DNA from: Candidatus Latescibacterota bacterium
Lineage (GTDB): Bacteria > Latescibacterota > UBA2968 > UBA8231
Reading direction: 5' to 3'
Length of the DNA: 64,000 nucleotides
NCBI GenBank assembly: GCA_965243025.1
Contig: CBDETY010000003.1
Location: forward strand, 2,720,001-2,784,000
Shown: positions 1 through 10,262 of the stretch, piece after piece
Position numbering within the stretch: position 1 is the stretch's first letter
How the letters are laid out: every line of letters begins with the position of its first letter
Position numbers and translations under genes: made by a program
Notes under the pieces: generated by a model
What the model was told of the DNA's origin: nothing
The model's input: only the letters and a program-made list of their open reading frames with translations
The model's database searches: none

Positions 1-1
1 C

Positions 2-226
2 GCCGCCGAGAGCCTCGGAGGCATGGGGCTCGCAAAGGATTCGGTGGGAAGTCAGCTCGGCGCTCAGATCCTCGGCGTCGTGTTCACCATCGTCTACTGT
101 GCGGTGCTGTCTTTCATCATCCTCAAGATCGTGGACGCCGTCGTGGGATTGCGCGTCTCCGACGAGGACGAGGATCGCGGACTCGATATCTCGCTGCACA
201 ACGAGCAGGGATATTACCCGGACTGA
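2..226 (+). CDS. amt: Ammonium transporter (Amt), C-terminal part, truncated by window edge
   Basis: Last TM helix and conserved tail GLRVSDEDEDRGLDISLHNEQGY; directly upstream of a P-II gene. Confidence 0.93.
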   Translation, partial: AAESLGGMGLAKDSVGSQLGAQILGVVFTIVYCAVLSFIILKIVDAVVGLRVSDEDEDRGLDISLHNEQGYYPD

Positions 227-338
227 TCTCCGCGGGGAGCGCTGGCGTTGACGGGTCTCCCCCGGGTGTCACCCACGGATAGCACCAACAGGAAGCTCAC
301 TCGCAAGTTGACGAGCGACGCAGGAAGGAAGGCAATAG

Positions 339-677
339 ATGAAGCTGTTGAAATGCATCGTCCGGCCGAACGCCCTGGACAAGGTCAAGGAAGCCCTGAG
401 CTCCCTCGGCGTCGTCGGCATGACCGTCAGTGAAGTAAAGGGCTTCGGACGGCAGAAAGGTCACCAGGAAGTCTACCGCGGCGCCGAATACCACATCGAC
501 TTCACGCCCAAGCTCGAGATCGAGGTGGTCGTCGGCGACGGCACCGCCTCGCAGGCGATCGATGCCGTCAAGGAGGCGGCGAATACCGGCAACATCGGCG
601 ACGGCAAGATTTTCGTCATGTCGGTCGACGAGGTTGTGAGGATTCGCACCGGCGAGACCGGCGAATCCGCCATATAG
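339..677 (+). CDS. glnK: P-II nitrogen regulatory protein (GlnK/GlnB)
   Basis: GFGRQKG, T-loop [22 protein letters not shown]; next to amt. Confidence 0.95.
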   Translation: MKLLKCIVRPNALDKVKEALSSLGVVGMTVSEVKGFGRQKGHQEVYRGAEYHIDFTPKLEIEVVVGDGTASQAIDAVKEAANTGNIGDGKIFVMSVDEVVRIRTGETGESAI

Positions 678-700
678 CAGAAGCGGCCTGCGGTAAAGCG

Positions 701-737
701 AGAGCGGCTGCATCTTCGATGCGGCCGCTCTTTTTTT
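701..737 (+). terminator. Rho-independent terminator after glnK
   Basis: Stem AGAGCGGCTGCATC / GATGCGGCCGCTCT with TTC loop, followed by a T-run. Confidence 0.85.
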
Positions 738-834
738 GGCCCTCCCGGAGGGTCTCGTGGAACGCCAACAGCCTTCTCCCGGGCTATCCAGGGGCCCGGG
801 CAGGAGTTATATTCAGCCTCCTCCAGCCCTCGAC

Positions 835-2301
835 ATGTCCGACAGCGTTCGCCACAACTGCGGTTTCTGCGTCGCCCACACCCTTCACGACGCCTACTCC
901 TTCATACGCTCCCTCCAGCACCGGGGCCGGGAGGCGGCGGGCATCGCGGCAGTCGGAGAATCCAGCATCGATGTAATCAAGTGGGAAGGGCCGGTCGACC
1001 GGTTCGACGTCACCGACCTGCACAAGATCTTCCCCAGCCCGCGCTATCACACCTACATGGCCCACATCCGCTACGCCACCAGCGGGCGCAAGGACGAGAT
1101 CCTCAAGGACGCGCATCCCCACACTCTCGGCGGCTACGCCGAAGACCGCGGGACCCACCTGTTGATACGGGGATGCGAGATCGTCGCCGTGCACAACGGA
1201 CAGGTCGAAGAGGGCTATTTCTCGGAAGTCGACCTGTCGGCGATGAGTTCCCGGTGCGACACGGAAGCCCTGCTCTACCTCTACCGCCGCGACGGCGAGC
1301 ACAACCTCCTCAAGGACGTCCCCGGGGCCTACACCATGGCGCTTGCCGACTGGCGCAAGCGGGACGTGCTCGTCATGAGGGATCGAACCGGCATAAAGCC
1401 CGGGGTTCTGGGATGGAAGGACGGCAAGTACGGCGTGGCATCCGAGGACATCGCCTTCCGCAAGAACGGCGGCGAATACATAGAAGACCTCGAACCGGGC
1501 TCGATCTACTACCTGACACCGGAAGGGGACTACAGCAAGGAAACCCTCGTCGAATCGAGTCCGTCCTACTGTTTCTTCGAGTGGAACTACATCGTAAACG
1601 TCGACTCGATCATCAACCACGTCGGCGCCCGCAAGATCCGCGAGTCCCTCGGGGAGATGCTGGCCGGGGAGTTCCGTCCCGAGGATGCCGACATCGTCAC
1701 CTTCCTGCCCAGATGTCCCGAGGTCGCCGGGCGCAGCTACGCCAAGAAGGCGGGACTGCCGTTCATGCACGTTTTTTACAAAATGCGGGGGGAGCGCTCT
1801 TTTCAGGGGTCGACCGCGGACGACCGCAGGAAGTCGATCGACGACAACCTTCACCTGCTCCCAGGCCTCAAACCGCAGCTGCAGGGGAAGACGGTCGTCA
1901 TGATCGACGACAGCATCATCCGCGGCAACAACTCGATTCGCGCCCGACAGCTACTCTATGAAGACCTGGAAGTAAAGAAGGCGTACCTGGCCAGCTACAC
2001 CCCGCCAATCGGCATTACAGGAGAGGACGATGTCCGCCGCGGTTGCATGTTCGGAGTGGACATGCCGCCCGACCCGCCCGAGGGAGAGGAGTTCATCGCC
2101 AGGGGGCGAACCCCCGAGCAGATCAGCGCGAAGATGGGGATGCCGGTGGTCTACCTCTCACCGCAAAGCATGCTGGCGGCCTTCCGTCAGGCCGGTATCC
2201 CGGAGACGAACCTGTGCACCTTCTGCATCGGGGGGTGTCACCCGTTCGCCAGGTTCGCCGCGCAAGCCGAGGCGAGCGACGGTCAGCTAGGCCTGCTTTA
2301 G
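835..2301 (+). CDS. purF: Amidophosphoribosyltransferase-like protein (divergent PurF; propeptide and 4Fe-4S type)
   Basis: ATG at 835 gives MSDSVRHN-CGF (Ntn Cys after short propeptide); LQHRG, HIRYATSG, HNG, PRPP loop MIDDSIIRGNNS; four Cys in CFFE, GCMFG, LCTFC. Confidence 0.8.
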   Translation: MSDSVRHNCGFCVAHTLHDAYSFIRSLQHRGREAAGIAAVGESSIDVIKWEGPVDRFDVTDLHKIFPSPRYHTYMAHIRYATSGRKDEILKDAHPHTLGGYAEDRGTHLLIRGCEIVAVHNGQVEEGYFSEVDLSAMSSRCDTEALLYLYRRDGEHNLLKDVPGAYTMALADWRKRDVLVMRDRTGIKPGVLGWKDGKYGVASEDIAFRKNGGEYIEDLEPGSIYYLTPEGDYSKETLVESSPSYCFFEWNYIVNVDSIINHVGARKIRESLGEMLAGEFRPEDADIVTFLPRCPEVAGRSYAKKAGLPFMHVFYKMRGERSFQGSTADDRRKSIDDNLHLLPGLKPQLQGKTVVMIDDSIIRGNNSIRARQLLYEDLEVKKAYLASYTPPIGITGEDDVRRGCMFGVDMPPDPPEGEEFIARGRTPEQISAKMGMPVVYLSPQSMLAAFRQAGIPETNLCTFCIGGCHPFARFAAQAEASDGQLGLL

Positions 2302-2328
2302 CCGAGGTTCCGCGGCCCGGTTTCCTTT

Positions 2329-2556
2329 TTACAAGTGCGCCTTGATCTCGCCGTGTTCCGGGAAGCGGTTCTCGGCGAGCTTCGAGAATACGAGCACACC
2401 GTCGACCGTCACCTCGAAACGGCCGCCGTCCGAGGGCAGGATCGCCACCTGAGACAGGTTCATCTTCCCTTCCTCGAGGATATCTTCCGCCAAACTGACG
2501 GCTGATTTGAGATACCCTCAAGAAGTGCAGTACTGAATCGATACTTCCCTGGCCAC
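2329..2556 (-). CDS. SelW/SelT/SelH (Rdx family) selenoprotein, 75 aa, in-frame UGA read as Sec at codon 13
   Basis: Manual translation: MAREVSIQYCTS-U-GYLKSAVSLAEDILEEGKMNLSQVAILPSDGGRFEVTVDGVLVFSKLAENRFPEHGEIKAHL; CxxU motif, GGRFEV and FSK..RFP motifs; GGAGGA RBS at 2561-2566; absent from ORF track. Confidence 0.92.
2476..2519 (-). promoter_or_regulatory. Putative bacterial SECIS element
   Basis: Lower stem GAGGGUAUCU / AGAUAUCCUC; apical stem-loop GCCG-UCAGUU-UGGC starting 15 nt after the UGA. Confidence 0.75.
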
Positions 2557-2615
2557 GATTTCCTCCTTCGCGATTCGCGAGCTGCTCAACTGCGGATATG
2601 GCGGTTTGAACCTAA

Positions 2616-3671
<1,056 letters not shown>

Positions 3672-3951
3672 GTTCGGAGGGCCTTACCGGGCAATCCCGA
3701 AACCGCCGCTGCAAGCGGCCGGCCGGTATTGTCCGAGGGAATGATGCGTTGCAAGCCGGGTCCCGGCCGGCGCAAACGGTCCGGTTTGATTGGGGTATTC
3801 CGTGCGTCCTGGAGATGCCCTTGCGCCGCCCCTTCCCGTCGCCGCAGACGCCAATCTGAAAGGGCGGGCAATCCACCCGGTTTGAACAGCCGGAGGGAAT
3901 CCGGGAAGGAGCGCCAAGGTACCGCCTTTTCGGCGAACGACCGAAGGGGGA

Positions 3952-4806
3952 TCAGCAGGTGGCGCCGCGGACGTCGCCGCCGAAAACAGCCATTCTGTCC
4001 TCGGTCGTGGTCTCGGCGGTACCCCGAGGCCTGAAATGCAGCTGCAATGCCCTTCGCCGTTGACCGGACCGGTTCCGGGGACTGCCGTGGTGGGTCATGC
4101 CGTGCCAGAAGAGAACGCCGCCCGGTTTCAGGGGCACGGCGACGTCGCGCTCCACGGCGATTTCGGAATCGCATATCTGCCAGTCGCGGCGCCGGAAGTG
4201 GTTCAGCGGGCCCTCGCGGTGCGATCCGGGAATGACGTGCAGAGCGCCGTTGGCGATGGTCGCCTCGTCGAGGGCGATCCAGACCCCGACGACGGGAGTT
4301 CCGAGGGGCAGGTTGAAGTAGGCACAGTCCTGGTGCCACGGTTTTTCCCGCCCGATTTCCGGCGGCTTGAGGAGGGCCATCTCCTGGAACCGCTCCGGCT
4401 CGTCCCCCACCAGTCCGCGCACCACGTCGAGAATCGGGGGGTACTCCGCAAGAGTCTGCAAACGCCGGTCGTAGGAGACGAAGCTCATCAGTTTGCGGAC
4501 GCCCAGATGGCGCTGCTCCCGGCTCAGCTTCTTCTTGTCCCCGAGGCCGGCCTCGAACTGCAGGCCGCGAAAATCGGGGCGGCTTCCCTCGATCAGGTCG
4601 TCGATGGCGGTGCGGGCCGCAACTATCATCTCTTCCGGGCAGGTTCTCGCCACCGCGAGGTACCCGTTCGTCTCGAAAAACCGGCACTCCTCATCGCCGA
4701 CTTCCGAGATTTCGTCCGCGATTTCCGCTACCCGCGTTTCGGTGTAGAGGCCAGGGTTATGGTCGCGTATGCGCGATTCCCCTGGAAGTGCCGCCGCTCC
4801 TGCCAT
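3952..4806 (-). CDS. Phytanoyl-CoA dioxygenase (PhyH) family Fe(II)/2-oxoglutarate dioxygenase
   Basis: PWHQD, WIALD, NGALHVIPGSH, HGSPRNRS..RR. Confidence 0.9.
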   Translation of the reverse strand: MAGAAALPGESRIRDHNPGLYTETRVAEIADEISEVGDEECRFFETNGYLAVARTCPEEMIVAARTAIDDLIEGSRPDFRGLQFEAGLGDKKKLSREQRHLGVRKLMSFVSYDRRLQTLAEYPPILDVVRGLVGDEPERFQEMALLKPPEIGREKPWHQDCAYFNLPLGTPVVGVWIALDEATIANGALHVIPGSHREGPLNHFRRRDWQICDSEIAVERDVAVPLKPGGVLFWHGMTHHGSPRNRSGQRRRALQLHFRPRGTAETTTEDRMAVFGGDVRGATC

Positions 4807-4820
4807 CCGGACTGCCCGGT

Positions 4821-5057
4821 TCAGCCGGCCTCCCGGTCGACCGCCGGAGATTCCCTCGCTCCGGGGTCCCTGTACAGGATGGCCCAGGGGATGACGACAC
4901 AGTAGCCGAGGACCAGCAGGATGGGGGCCATGGTCAGAGAGAGGAATCCGTCCGCCGGCGGAATGCTCAGCAGGCCATACCCCACGGCGATGACAGCCAC
5001 TCCCCCGCCGAAGATGATCCAGTTCCGGTTCGTAAACGGCAGGTCGCGCCGGGCCAC
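4821..5057 (-). CDS. Small 2-TM membrane protein (DUF3098-like)
   Basis: LPFTNRNWIIF...LSLTMAPILLVLGY pattern; follows rplS. Confidence 0.7.
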   Translation of the reverse strand: MARRDLPFTNRNWIIFGGGVAVIAVGYGLLSIPPADGFLSLTMAPILLVLGYCVVIPWAILYRDPGARESPAVDREAG

Positions 5058-5063
5058 GGGACT

Positions 5064-5411
5064 CTACCTCTTTTCCTTGATCCGTGCCGAACGACCTTTG
5101 CGGGCCCGGAGGTAGAACAGGCGGGCGCGCCTCACTTTGCCCCTGCGGATCGGTTCGATCCTCGCAATCCTCGGAGAGTGCAGCGGGAAGATCCTTTCCA
5201 CCGCGATTCCCTGTGTAACCTTGCGCACCGTGAAAGTCTCGCTGATTCCCCCGCCGCGGCGCTGGATGACGTCCCCCTCGAAAACCTGGGTGCGCTCCTT
5301 CTCCCCCTCGATCACGCGCACGTGAACCCTCAGGGTGTCGCCGGGGCCGAAGTCCGGGATATCCGTCCTCATCTGCGATGCAGTGATTTCGCGCAGTATG
5401 TTCGTGTCCAT
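5064..5411 (-). CDS. rplS: 50S ribosomal protein L19
   Basis: [36 protein letters not shown]. Confidence 0.98.
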   Translation of the reverse strand: MDTNILREITASQMRTDIPDFGPGDTLRVHVRVIEGEKERTQVFEGDVIQRRGGGISETFTVRKVTQGIAVERIFPLHSPRIARIEPIRRGKVRRARLFYLRARKGRSARIKEKR

Positions 5412-5460
5412 GACGATCCTCCTACTCCTTTCGAAAAATACGGCCGGTTTGCAAATCGAA

Positions 5461-6225
5461 TCAGTCGGTCCGCTCGGGCCGGGTTGACGCCTGAGTCGAA
5501 CCGCCCGATTCCCGGCGCCATTCGTCGACCAACCGCCGTTCCTCCGGATCCAGCTCCGCCCGGGCGAGAATTTCGGGGCGGCGGTCGAAAGTGCGCCGCA
5601 GCGACTGCCGGCGGCGCCATTCCATGACCTTTTCGTGGTTGCCGCTCAGCAGAACCGCGGGAACCCCGTCGCCGCGGAACTCCGCCGGCCGCGTGTACCA
5701 CGGGCAGTCGAGCAGGCCGTCGTGGAACGAGTCGGAGAGGGCGGAGGTGAAGTTTCCGAGCACCCCCGGAATCAGGCGCACGACGGCGTCGATCAGCACC
5801 AGTGCAGCCGGTTCACCGCCGGTGAGAACGTAGTCGCCGATCGACACTTCGCGATCGACGAAACGGCGCGCTCTCTCGTCGATCCCCTTGTAGTGGCCGC
5901 ACAGGAGCACGAGCCGCTGTTCCAGCGACAGTCGTTCCGCCAGGGATTGGTTCAAGGGCTCCCCGTCGGCGGTCAGGTAGATGCAGTGACCCCGCCCGAG
6001 GTCCAGGGCTTCCCAGGCCGCCGCAACAGGCTCCGGTTTCACCACCATGCCGCCGCCCCCGCCGAAGGGGGCGTCATCGACCGTCCTGTGGCGGTCCCCG
6101 GCGTACTGCCTCAGGTCGTGCACGCATATCTCCGCACATCCTGCCGCGACCGCCCGCTGCAGCATGCTCGTCTCCAGGGGCGTCCTGAAGAACTCGGGAA
6201 AAATCGTGACGACGTCGATTCTCAT
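5461..6225 (-). CDS. trmD: tRNA (guanine37-N1)-methyltransferase
   Basis: Start [11 protein letters not shown] at 6225 (ATGA overlap with rimM stop); [32 protein letters not shown]. Confidence 0.96.
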   Translation of the reverse strand: MRIDVVTIFPEFFRTPLETSMLQRAVAAGCAEICVHDLRQYAGDRHRTVDDAPFGGGGGMVVKPEPVAAAWEALDLGRGHCIYLTADGEPLNQSLAERLSLEQRLVLLCGHYKGIDERARRFVDREVSIGDYVLTGGEPAALVLIDAVVRLIPGVLGNFTSALSDSFHDGLLDCPWYTRPAEFRGDGVPAVLLSGNHEKVMEWRRRQSLRRTFDRRPEILARAELDPEERRLVDEWRRESGGSTQASTRPERTD

Positions 6226-6797
6226 TTTCTGTTGCGGCCGGTCCTGACCAGATCCTCGACCCCGGCTACCACCACGCGGCGCTCCGACACGAGCACCTCG
6301 GTGACGAAATCGCCCACCAGAGGAATCAGAACCTCTTTCTGACCGTTGCGGATCACCAGCAAGTCGGCCGAGGGCATCTCCTGCACGTCCGCAACCTTCC
6401 CCAGTTCGGAACCGTCTTCGTCCTCTACCCGGCAGCCGACGAGATCGAACACGTAGTAGCTGCCTTCGGGAGGATCGGGAACCTCCTCCCGCGGAATCGT
6501 CAGGTACCCCTTGGAGAGCTCCCCGGCTACTCTCTCGGGGCTGTCGATGCCGGCGAACTTCACCAGGATTCCGCGTCCGTCGATACGCCATCCCGCGATC
6601 CGCAGCCGCTTCGGTGGCTGTCCGGAACGCTCCAGGGTGACCTCTTCGACCTCGTCGAAGCGGTCGACATCCCCGGTCAGGGGCTCGACCACCGCTTCGC
6701 CGCGAACTCCTTTTGGTCGCACCACGTAGCCGATGGCAACGCGCTGCTGGACGGCTCCTCCCGCCTCCGTCCCTGCCTGGCCTTTGTCCGAGTCCAC
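6222..6797 (-). CDS. rimM: Ribosome maturation factor RimM
   Basis: PKGVRGE, YYVFDLVGC, LIPLV; position between rpsP and trmD. Confidence 0.95.
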   Translation of the reverse strand: MDSDKGQAGTEAGGAVQQRVAIGYVVRPKGVRGEAVVEPLTGDVDRFDEVEEVTLERSGQPPKRLRIAGWRIDGRGILVKFAGIDSPERVAGELSKGYLTIPREEVPDPPEGSYYVFDLVGCRVEDEDGSELGKVADVQEMPSADLLVIRNGQKEVLIPLVGDFVTEVLVSERRVVVAGVEDLVRTGRNRK

Positions 6798-6909
6798 GAT
6801 GGCCGCTATATCCGCTTACCGCCTGGCCGACACAGCGGCCCGGCCAACCCGCGCCAGCAGTCCGGCCACCCGGGAACGCCTCGCCCTCACCCCGGCGGGG
6901 CCCCTCGCC

Positions 6910-7308
6910 TCATTCGGCGCTGTCCGGCTCCTCCTGTTCAGCCTCGCCCCCGGGAGCCGCCTCGGCCACCGCAGCCGCCTCGACCTGCTCCGCCTGCGCG
7001 AGATTCCGGCGCCGTTTCGGCTTGTCCCTGGTCAGGGCTCCTTCCCGGACGGACCCTTCGAAACCGCGGAAACGGGCGAGTATTCCCTGGCTTTTCAACA
7101 GGTCCTGGACGGTTTTCGTCATCTGCGCTCCCTGTTTCAGCCAGTTGACGGCCGCTTCTTCGTCGACCTCGACGCGTGAGTGGACGGGATCGTACGTGCC
7201 CACCTGCGAAAGCGACCGGCCGCCGCGCGGAAGCGTCGAATGGATCGCCACTATCCTGTAAAAGGGCCGCCCCTTGCGACCTGTTCTTTTCAAACGAAGC
7301 TTGACCAA
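6910..7308 (-). CDS. rpsP: 30S ribosomal protein S16 with acidic/Ala-rich C-terminal extension
   Basis: MVKLRLKRTGRKGRPFYRIVA, GTYDP, WLKQGAQ. Confidence 0.96.
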   Translation of the reverse strand: MVKLRLKRTGRKGRPFYRIVAIHSTLPRGGRSLSQVGTYDPVHSRVEVDEEAAVNWLKQGAQMTKTVQDLLKSQGILARFRGFEGSVREGALTRDKPKRRRNLAQAEQVEAAAVAEAAPGGEAEQEEPDSAE

Positions 7309-7369
7309 ACGGATCTCCTTTTCTGCGATGGCGCGCCGCTCTCCATGGGGACGGCGCCAGGTGTATTCA

Positions 7370-8716
7370 TCACGCGAACCCTGCGGGCATCCGGAATCTG
7401 GCGGCGCCGCGCCGGGCGCGGCCCGGGCGGGTGGCCTGCCTCATCATTTTCTGCATCGCCTGGAACTGTTTCAGAAGCCGGTTCACGTCCTGGATCTTCG
7501 TGCCGCTGCCGCGTGCGATGCGCCGCCGGCGGCTGCCGTTGAGTATCTGAGGCTGCGCCCGTTCGGACCGGGTCATCGAGTTGATGATCGCCTCTACCTG
7601 AACGAACGCCTTGTCGTCAACCTGCGCCTCCTTGAGGGCATTGCCGGCCCCGGGAATCATTCCCAGCAACTGGTCGAGGGGGCCCATCTTCCTGATCGCC
7701 AGCAGCTGTTCCCGGAAGTCGTCGAAGGTGAACGCGTTCTGCCGGAGCTTCGCCTCCATCTTGCGCGCCTGGTGCTGATCGAAGGCCTGTTGCGCCTTCT
7801 CGACCAGGGAAACCACGTCTCCCATCCCGAGGATCCGGGACGCCACGCGCTGCGGATGGAACGGCTCCAGCGCCTCGACCCCCTCGCCGGCAGCGATGAA
7901 TTTGACCGGCCTCCCGGTGACCTCCCGGATGGACAGGGCGGCGCCGCCGCGGGCGTCGCCATCCATCTTGGTGAGAACACATCCGGTGAATTCCAGCCGT
8001 TCGCAAAACCGCGACGCGGTCTCGACGGCGTCCTGCCCGAGCATTGCGTCGGCGACGAACAGGATCTCGTCCGGCTCCGTCGCGGAGCGGATCGCAATCA
8101 GTTCGTCCATCATCCCGTCGTCGATGGCGAGACGCCCGGCGGTGTCGAGGATTGCGGCGCTGCGGTTTCCGGACCGCGCCCTTTCCACCCCCAGCCGGCA
8201 GATCTCGACCGGATCCCCGTTCCCTTCGGAAGGGCCGCCGAACACCGGCACGGAGAGCCCTTCGGCGAGGGTGCGCAACTGGTCGAAAGCCGCGGGGCGG
8301 TACACGTCCGCCCCGACGAGGAAGGGAGGCCGCTGTCTTCCCCGCAGGTGCGACGCCAACTTGGCCGCCGCCGTCGTTTTGCCGCACCCCTGCAGGCCGA
8401 CCAGCAGGATTACCGTCGGCGGCCGTTCCGACTGGGCCAGGGGGGCGCTGTCCCCTCCCAGCAGGGACACGAGCTCGTCGTGAACGATCTTTATCACCTG
8501 CTGGCCGGGGGTGAGGCTGCGCAACACCTCGCTGCCGACAGCCTGCTCGCGGACTCGTTTCAGGAAGCTCCTGGCGACGTTGAAATTGACGTCCGCCTCG
8601 AGCAGGGCGCGGCGGATTTCCCGCAGGGAGTCGTCGAGATCGCGGTCGCTCAGGCGCCCCTGCCCCCGCAGTTTGCGGAAGGCGTCGTCCAAGCGCTCTG
8701 TCAATCGGTCGAACAT
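7370..8716 (-). CDS. ffh: Signal recognition particle protein Ffh
   Basis: Start MFDRLTERL at 8716; GLQGCGKTT, DTAGR, TKMDGDARGGAALS, M domain. Confidence 0.97.
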   Translation of the reverse strand: MFDRLTERLDDAFRKLRGQGRLSDRDLDDSLREIRRALLEADVNFNVARSFLKRVREQAVGSEVLRSLTPGQQVIKIVHDELVSLLGGDSAPLAQSERPPTVILLVGLQGCGKTTAAAKLASHLRGRQRPPFLVGADVYRPAAFDQLRTLAEGLSVPVFGGPSEGNGDPVEICRLGVERARSGNRSAAILDTAGRLAIDDGMMDELIAIRSATEPDEILFVADAMLGQDAVETASRFCERLEFTGCVLTKMDGDARGGAALSIREVTGRPVKFIAAGEGVEALEPFHPQRVASRILGMGDVVSLVEKAQQAFDQHQARKMEAKLRQNAFTFDDFREQLLAIRKMGPLDQLLGMIPGAGNALKEAQVDDKAFVQVEAIINSMTRSERAQPQILNGSRRRRIARGSGTKIQDVNRLLKQFQAMQKMMRQATRPGRARRGAARFRMPAGFA

Positions 8717-8823
8717 CGACCAAACCGGTCCGGATGAGAGAAAAACGAACTGGCAAAAGCAGGTGAATGTACGAGCACCGGGGGCAACCGGCAATCTGCC
8801 AACCGCCGGAACCGCGGCGGCGT

Positions 8824-9519
8824 TCAGCCGCTTCCGCGGATGGCTCGGATGGCTGCGGCGGCGTCGTCAGCCCCGAAAACCGAAGAGCCCGCGACCAGGA
8901 GGTTCACCCCGGCATCGCGGCACTCCGCGGCGTTTTGCGGCGAGATCCCCCCGTCCATTTCGATCGGCACCGTCAGGCTGCGGGCCCGCATCCAGGCGGA
9001 CAGGTCCCGGGTCTTGGGGAGGACCTCGCCGCGAAAGGACTGGCCGCCGAAACCGGGCATGACCGACATGATCAGGACGAGGTCGAGGTCGGGGACGAAC
9101 GGCAGCAGCGCTGCGATCGGGGTGGCTGGATTTACCGCGACTCCGCAGCCGAGTCCCAGATCCCGGATGGCTCCGATCAGCTCGGCGGGGTCGGGCGCGG
9201 CTTCGAGGTGAACGGTCAGGGAATCGGCGCCGGCGTCCCGGAAGGGTTGGAGGAACCGCTCGGGGGAGCTGAGCATCAGGTGGGTGTCGAGCTCGAGGTC
9301 CGTGGTTCGGCGCACGGCCTCGACCACGGGAATCCCGTAGCTGAGGTTGGGCACGAAATGGCCGTCCATGATGTCGAGATGAAGGAAATCGGCGCCGCCG
9401 TCCTCCACTCTGCGGATCTCGTCCCCCAGCCGGGAGAAATCCGCCGCCAGCAGGGACGGTCCCACCTTGACTCTCGCCGGCTTCACGGCTGCATTCGCTT
9501 CCCGGTTCCCGGTTGTCAC
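8824..9519 (-). CDS. rpe: Ribulose-phosphate 3-epimerase
   Basis: HLDIMDGHFVPN, MSVMPGFGGQ, DGGI. Confidence 0.96.
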   Translation of the reverse strand: MTTGNREANAAVKPARVKVGPSLLAADFSRLGDEIRRVEDGGADFLHLDIMDGHFVPNLSYGIPVVEAVRRTTDLELDTHLMLSSPERFLQPFRDAGADSLTVHLEAAPDPAELIGAIRDLGLGCGVAVNPATPIAALLPFVPDLDLVLIMSVMPGFGGQSFRGEVLPKTRDLSAWMRARSLTVPIEMDGGISPQNAAECRDAGVNLLVAGSSVFGADDAAAAIRAIRGSG

Positions 9520-10262
9520 TGCGGTCCGCCTGTTGTCCGGGCGCTGACAGTCAGCTCGACCGAGGTGTTCCGCCCGACTCGTTTCCCGGCCTCAGGCCGC
9601 TGGCCAAGCACGATCCCCGCCCGCCGTGCGTCGCCGGGGCGCTCGACGATCTCCCCCATGCTCATCTCGTACTTGCGGAGGGTGTCTCGCGCCGCGGCGA
9701 CCGACAGGCCTTTGAGGTCGGGCACCCGCCTGAGGGCTGACGGAGAGCCGCTGCTGATCTCCAGGCTCACCCGGCCTCCGCGGGGAAGGCTGGTGCCGGC
9801 GGCAGGTTCCTGGCGCACTACGACCCCTCTCGGGATCTCCACGGATGAGACGTACACCCAGTCGCCCAGCCGCAGCTGATTGCCCGCAATCTGCAGACGG
9901 GCCTCCCTGATGCTGCCTCCGGTTACGTTGGGAACCTCGTGGAGGCGCGGACCGCGGCTGAGATCGACGAACACCCGGCGCCCTTTCTTTATCAGCTCCC
10001 CCGTGTCGGGCGACTGCTCGACGACGTGTCCGCGGGGGAGAGCCTCGCTGAAGACGCTGTCGCGCACCGCCATTCGCAGGCCTTCCCGCTGAAGCCGCAG
10101 GGCGGCCTCGCTCGAAGGCTGGTCGTCGACGTCGGGCACGCTGACCCGCTCCACTTTCACCACGTAAGGCATGACGGCGTTGTCGAGAAGCAGGAGAAAC
10201 AGGACCAGGGAGGCGGCTGCGGTCGCCGCTGTCAGCATGACTTTGCGCAAGAGACCTCTCAT
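9516..10262 (-). CDS. Membrane-anchored protein with three PASTA domains
   Basis: One N-terminal TM then three repeats VPDV/VPNV/VPDL ... V..Q.P..G. Confidence 0.9.
   Translation of the reverse strand: MRGLLRKVMLTAATAAASLVLFLLLLDNAVMPYVVKVERVSVPDVDDQPSSEAALRLQREGLRMAVRDSVFSEALPRGHVVEQSPDTGELIKKGRRVFVDLSRGPRLHEVPNVTGGSIREARLQIAGNQLRLGDWVYVSSVEIPRGVVVRQEPAAGTSLPRGGRVSLEISSGSPSALRRVPDLKGLSVAAARDTLRKYEMSMGEIVERPGDARRAGIVLGQRPEAGKRVGRNTSVELTVSARTTGGPQ

Noticed and set aside
3672-3951. 280-bp intergenic region before the deacetylase as a possible riboswitch or sRNA
   Set aside because: No recognisable riboswitch consensus or terminator on either strand; an Rfam scan would be needed
6798-6909. Possible khpA (KH-domain) gene between rpsP and rimM
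   Set aside because: Gap is only 112 bp with no suitable ORF
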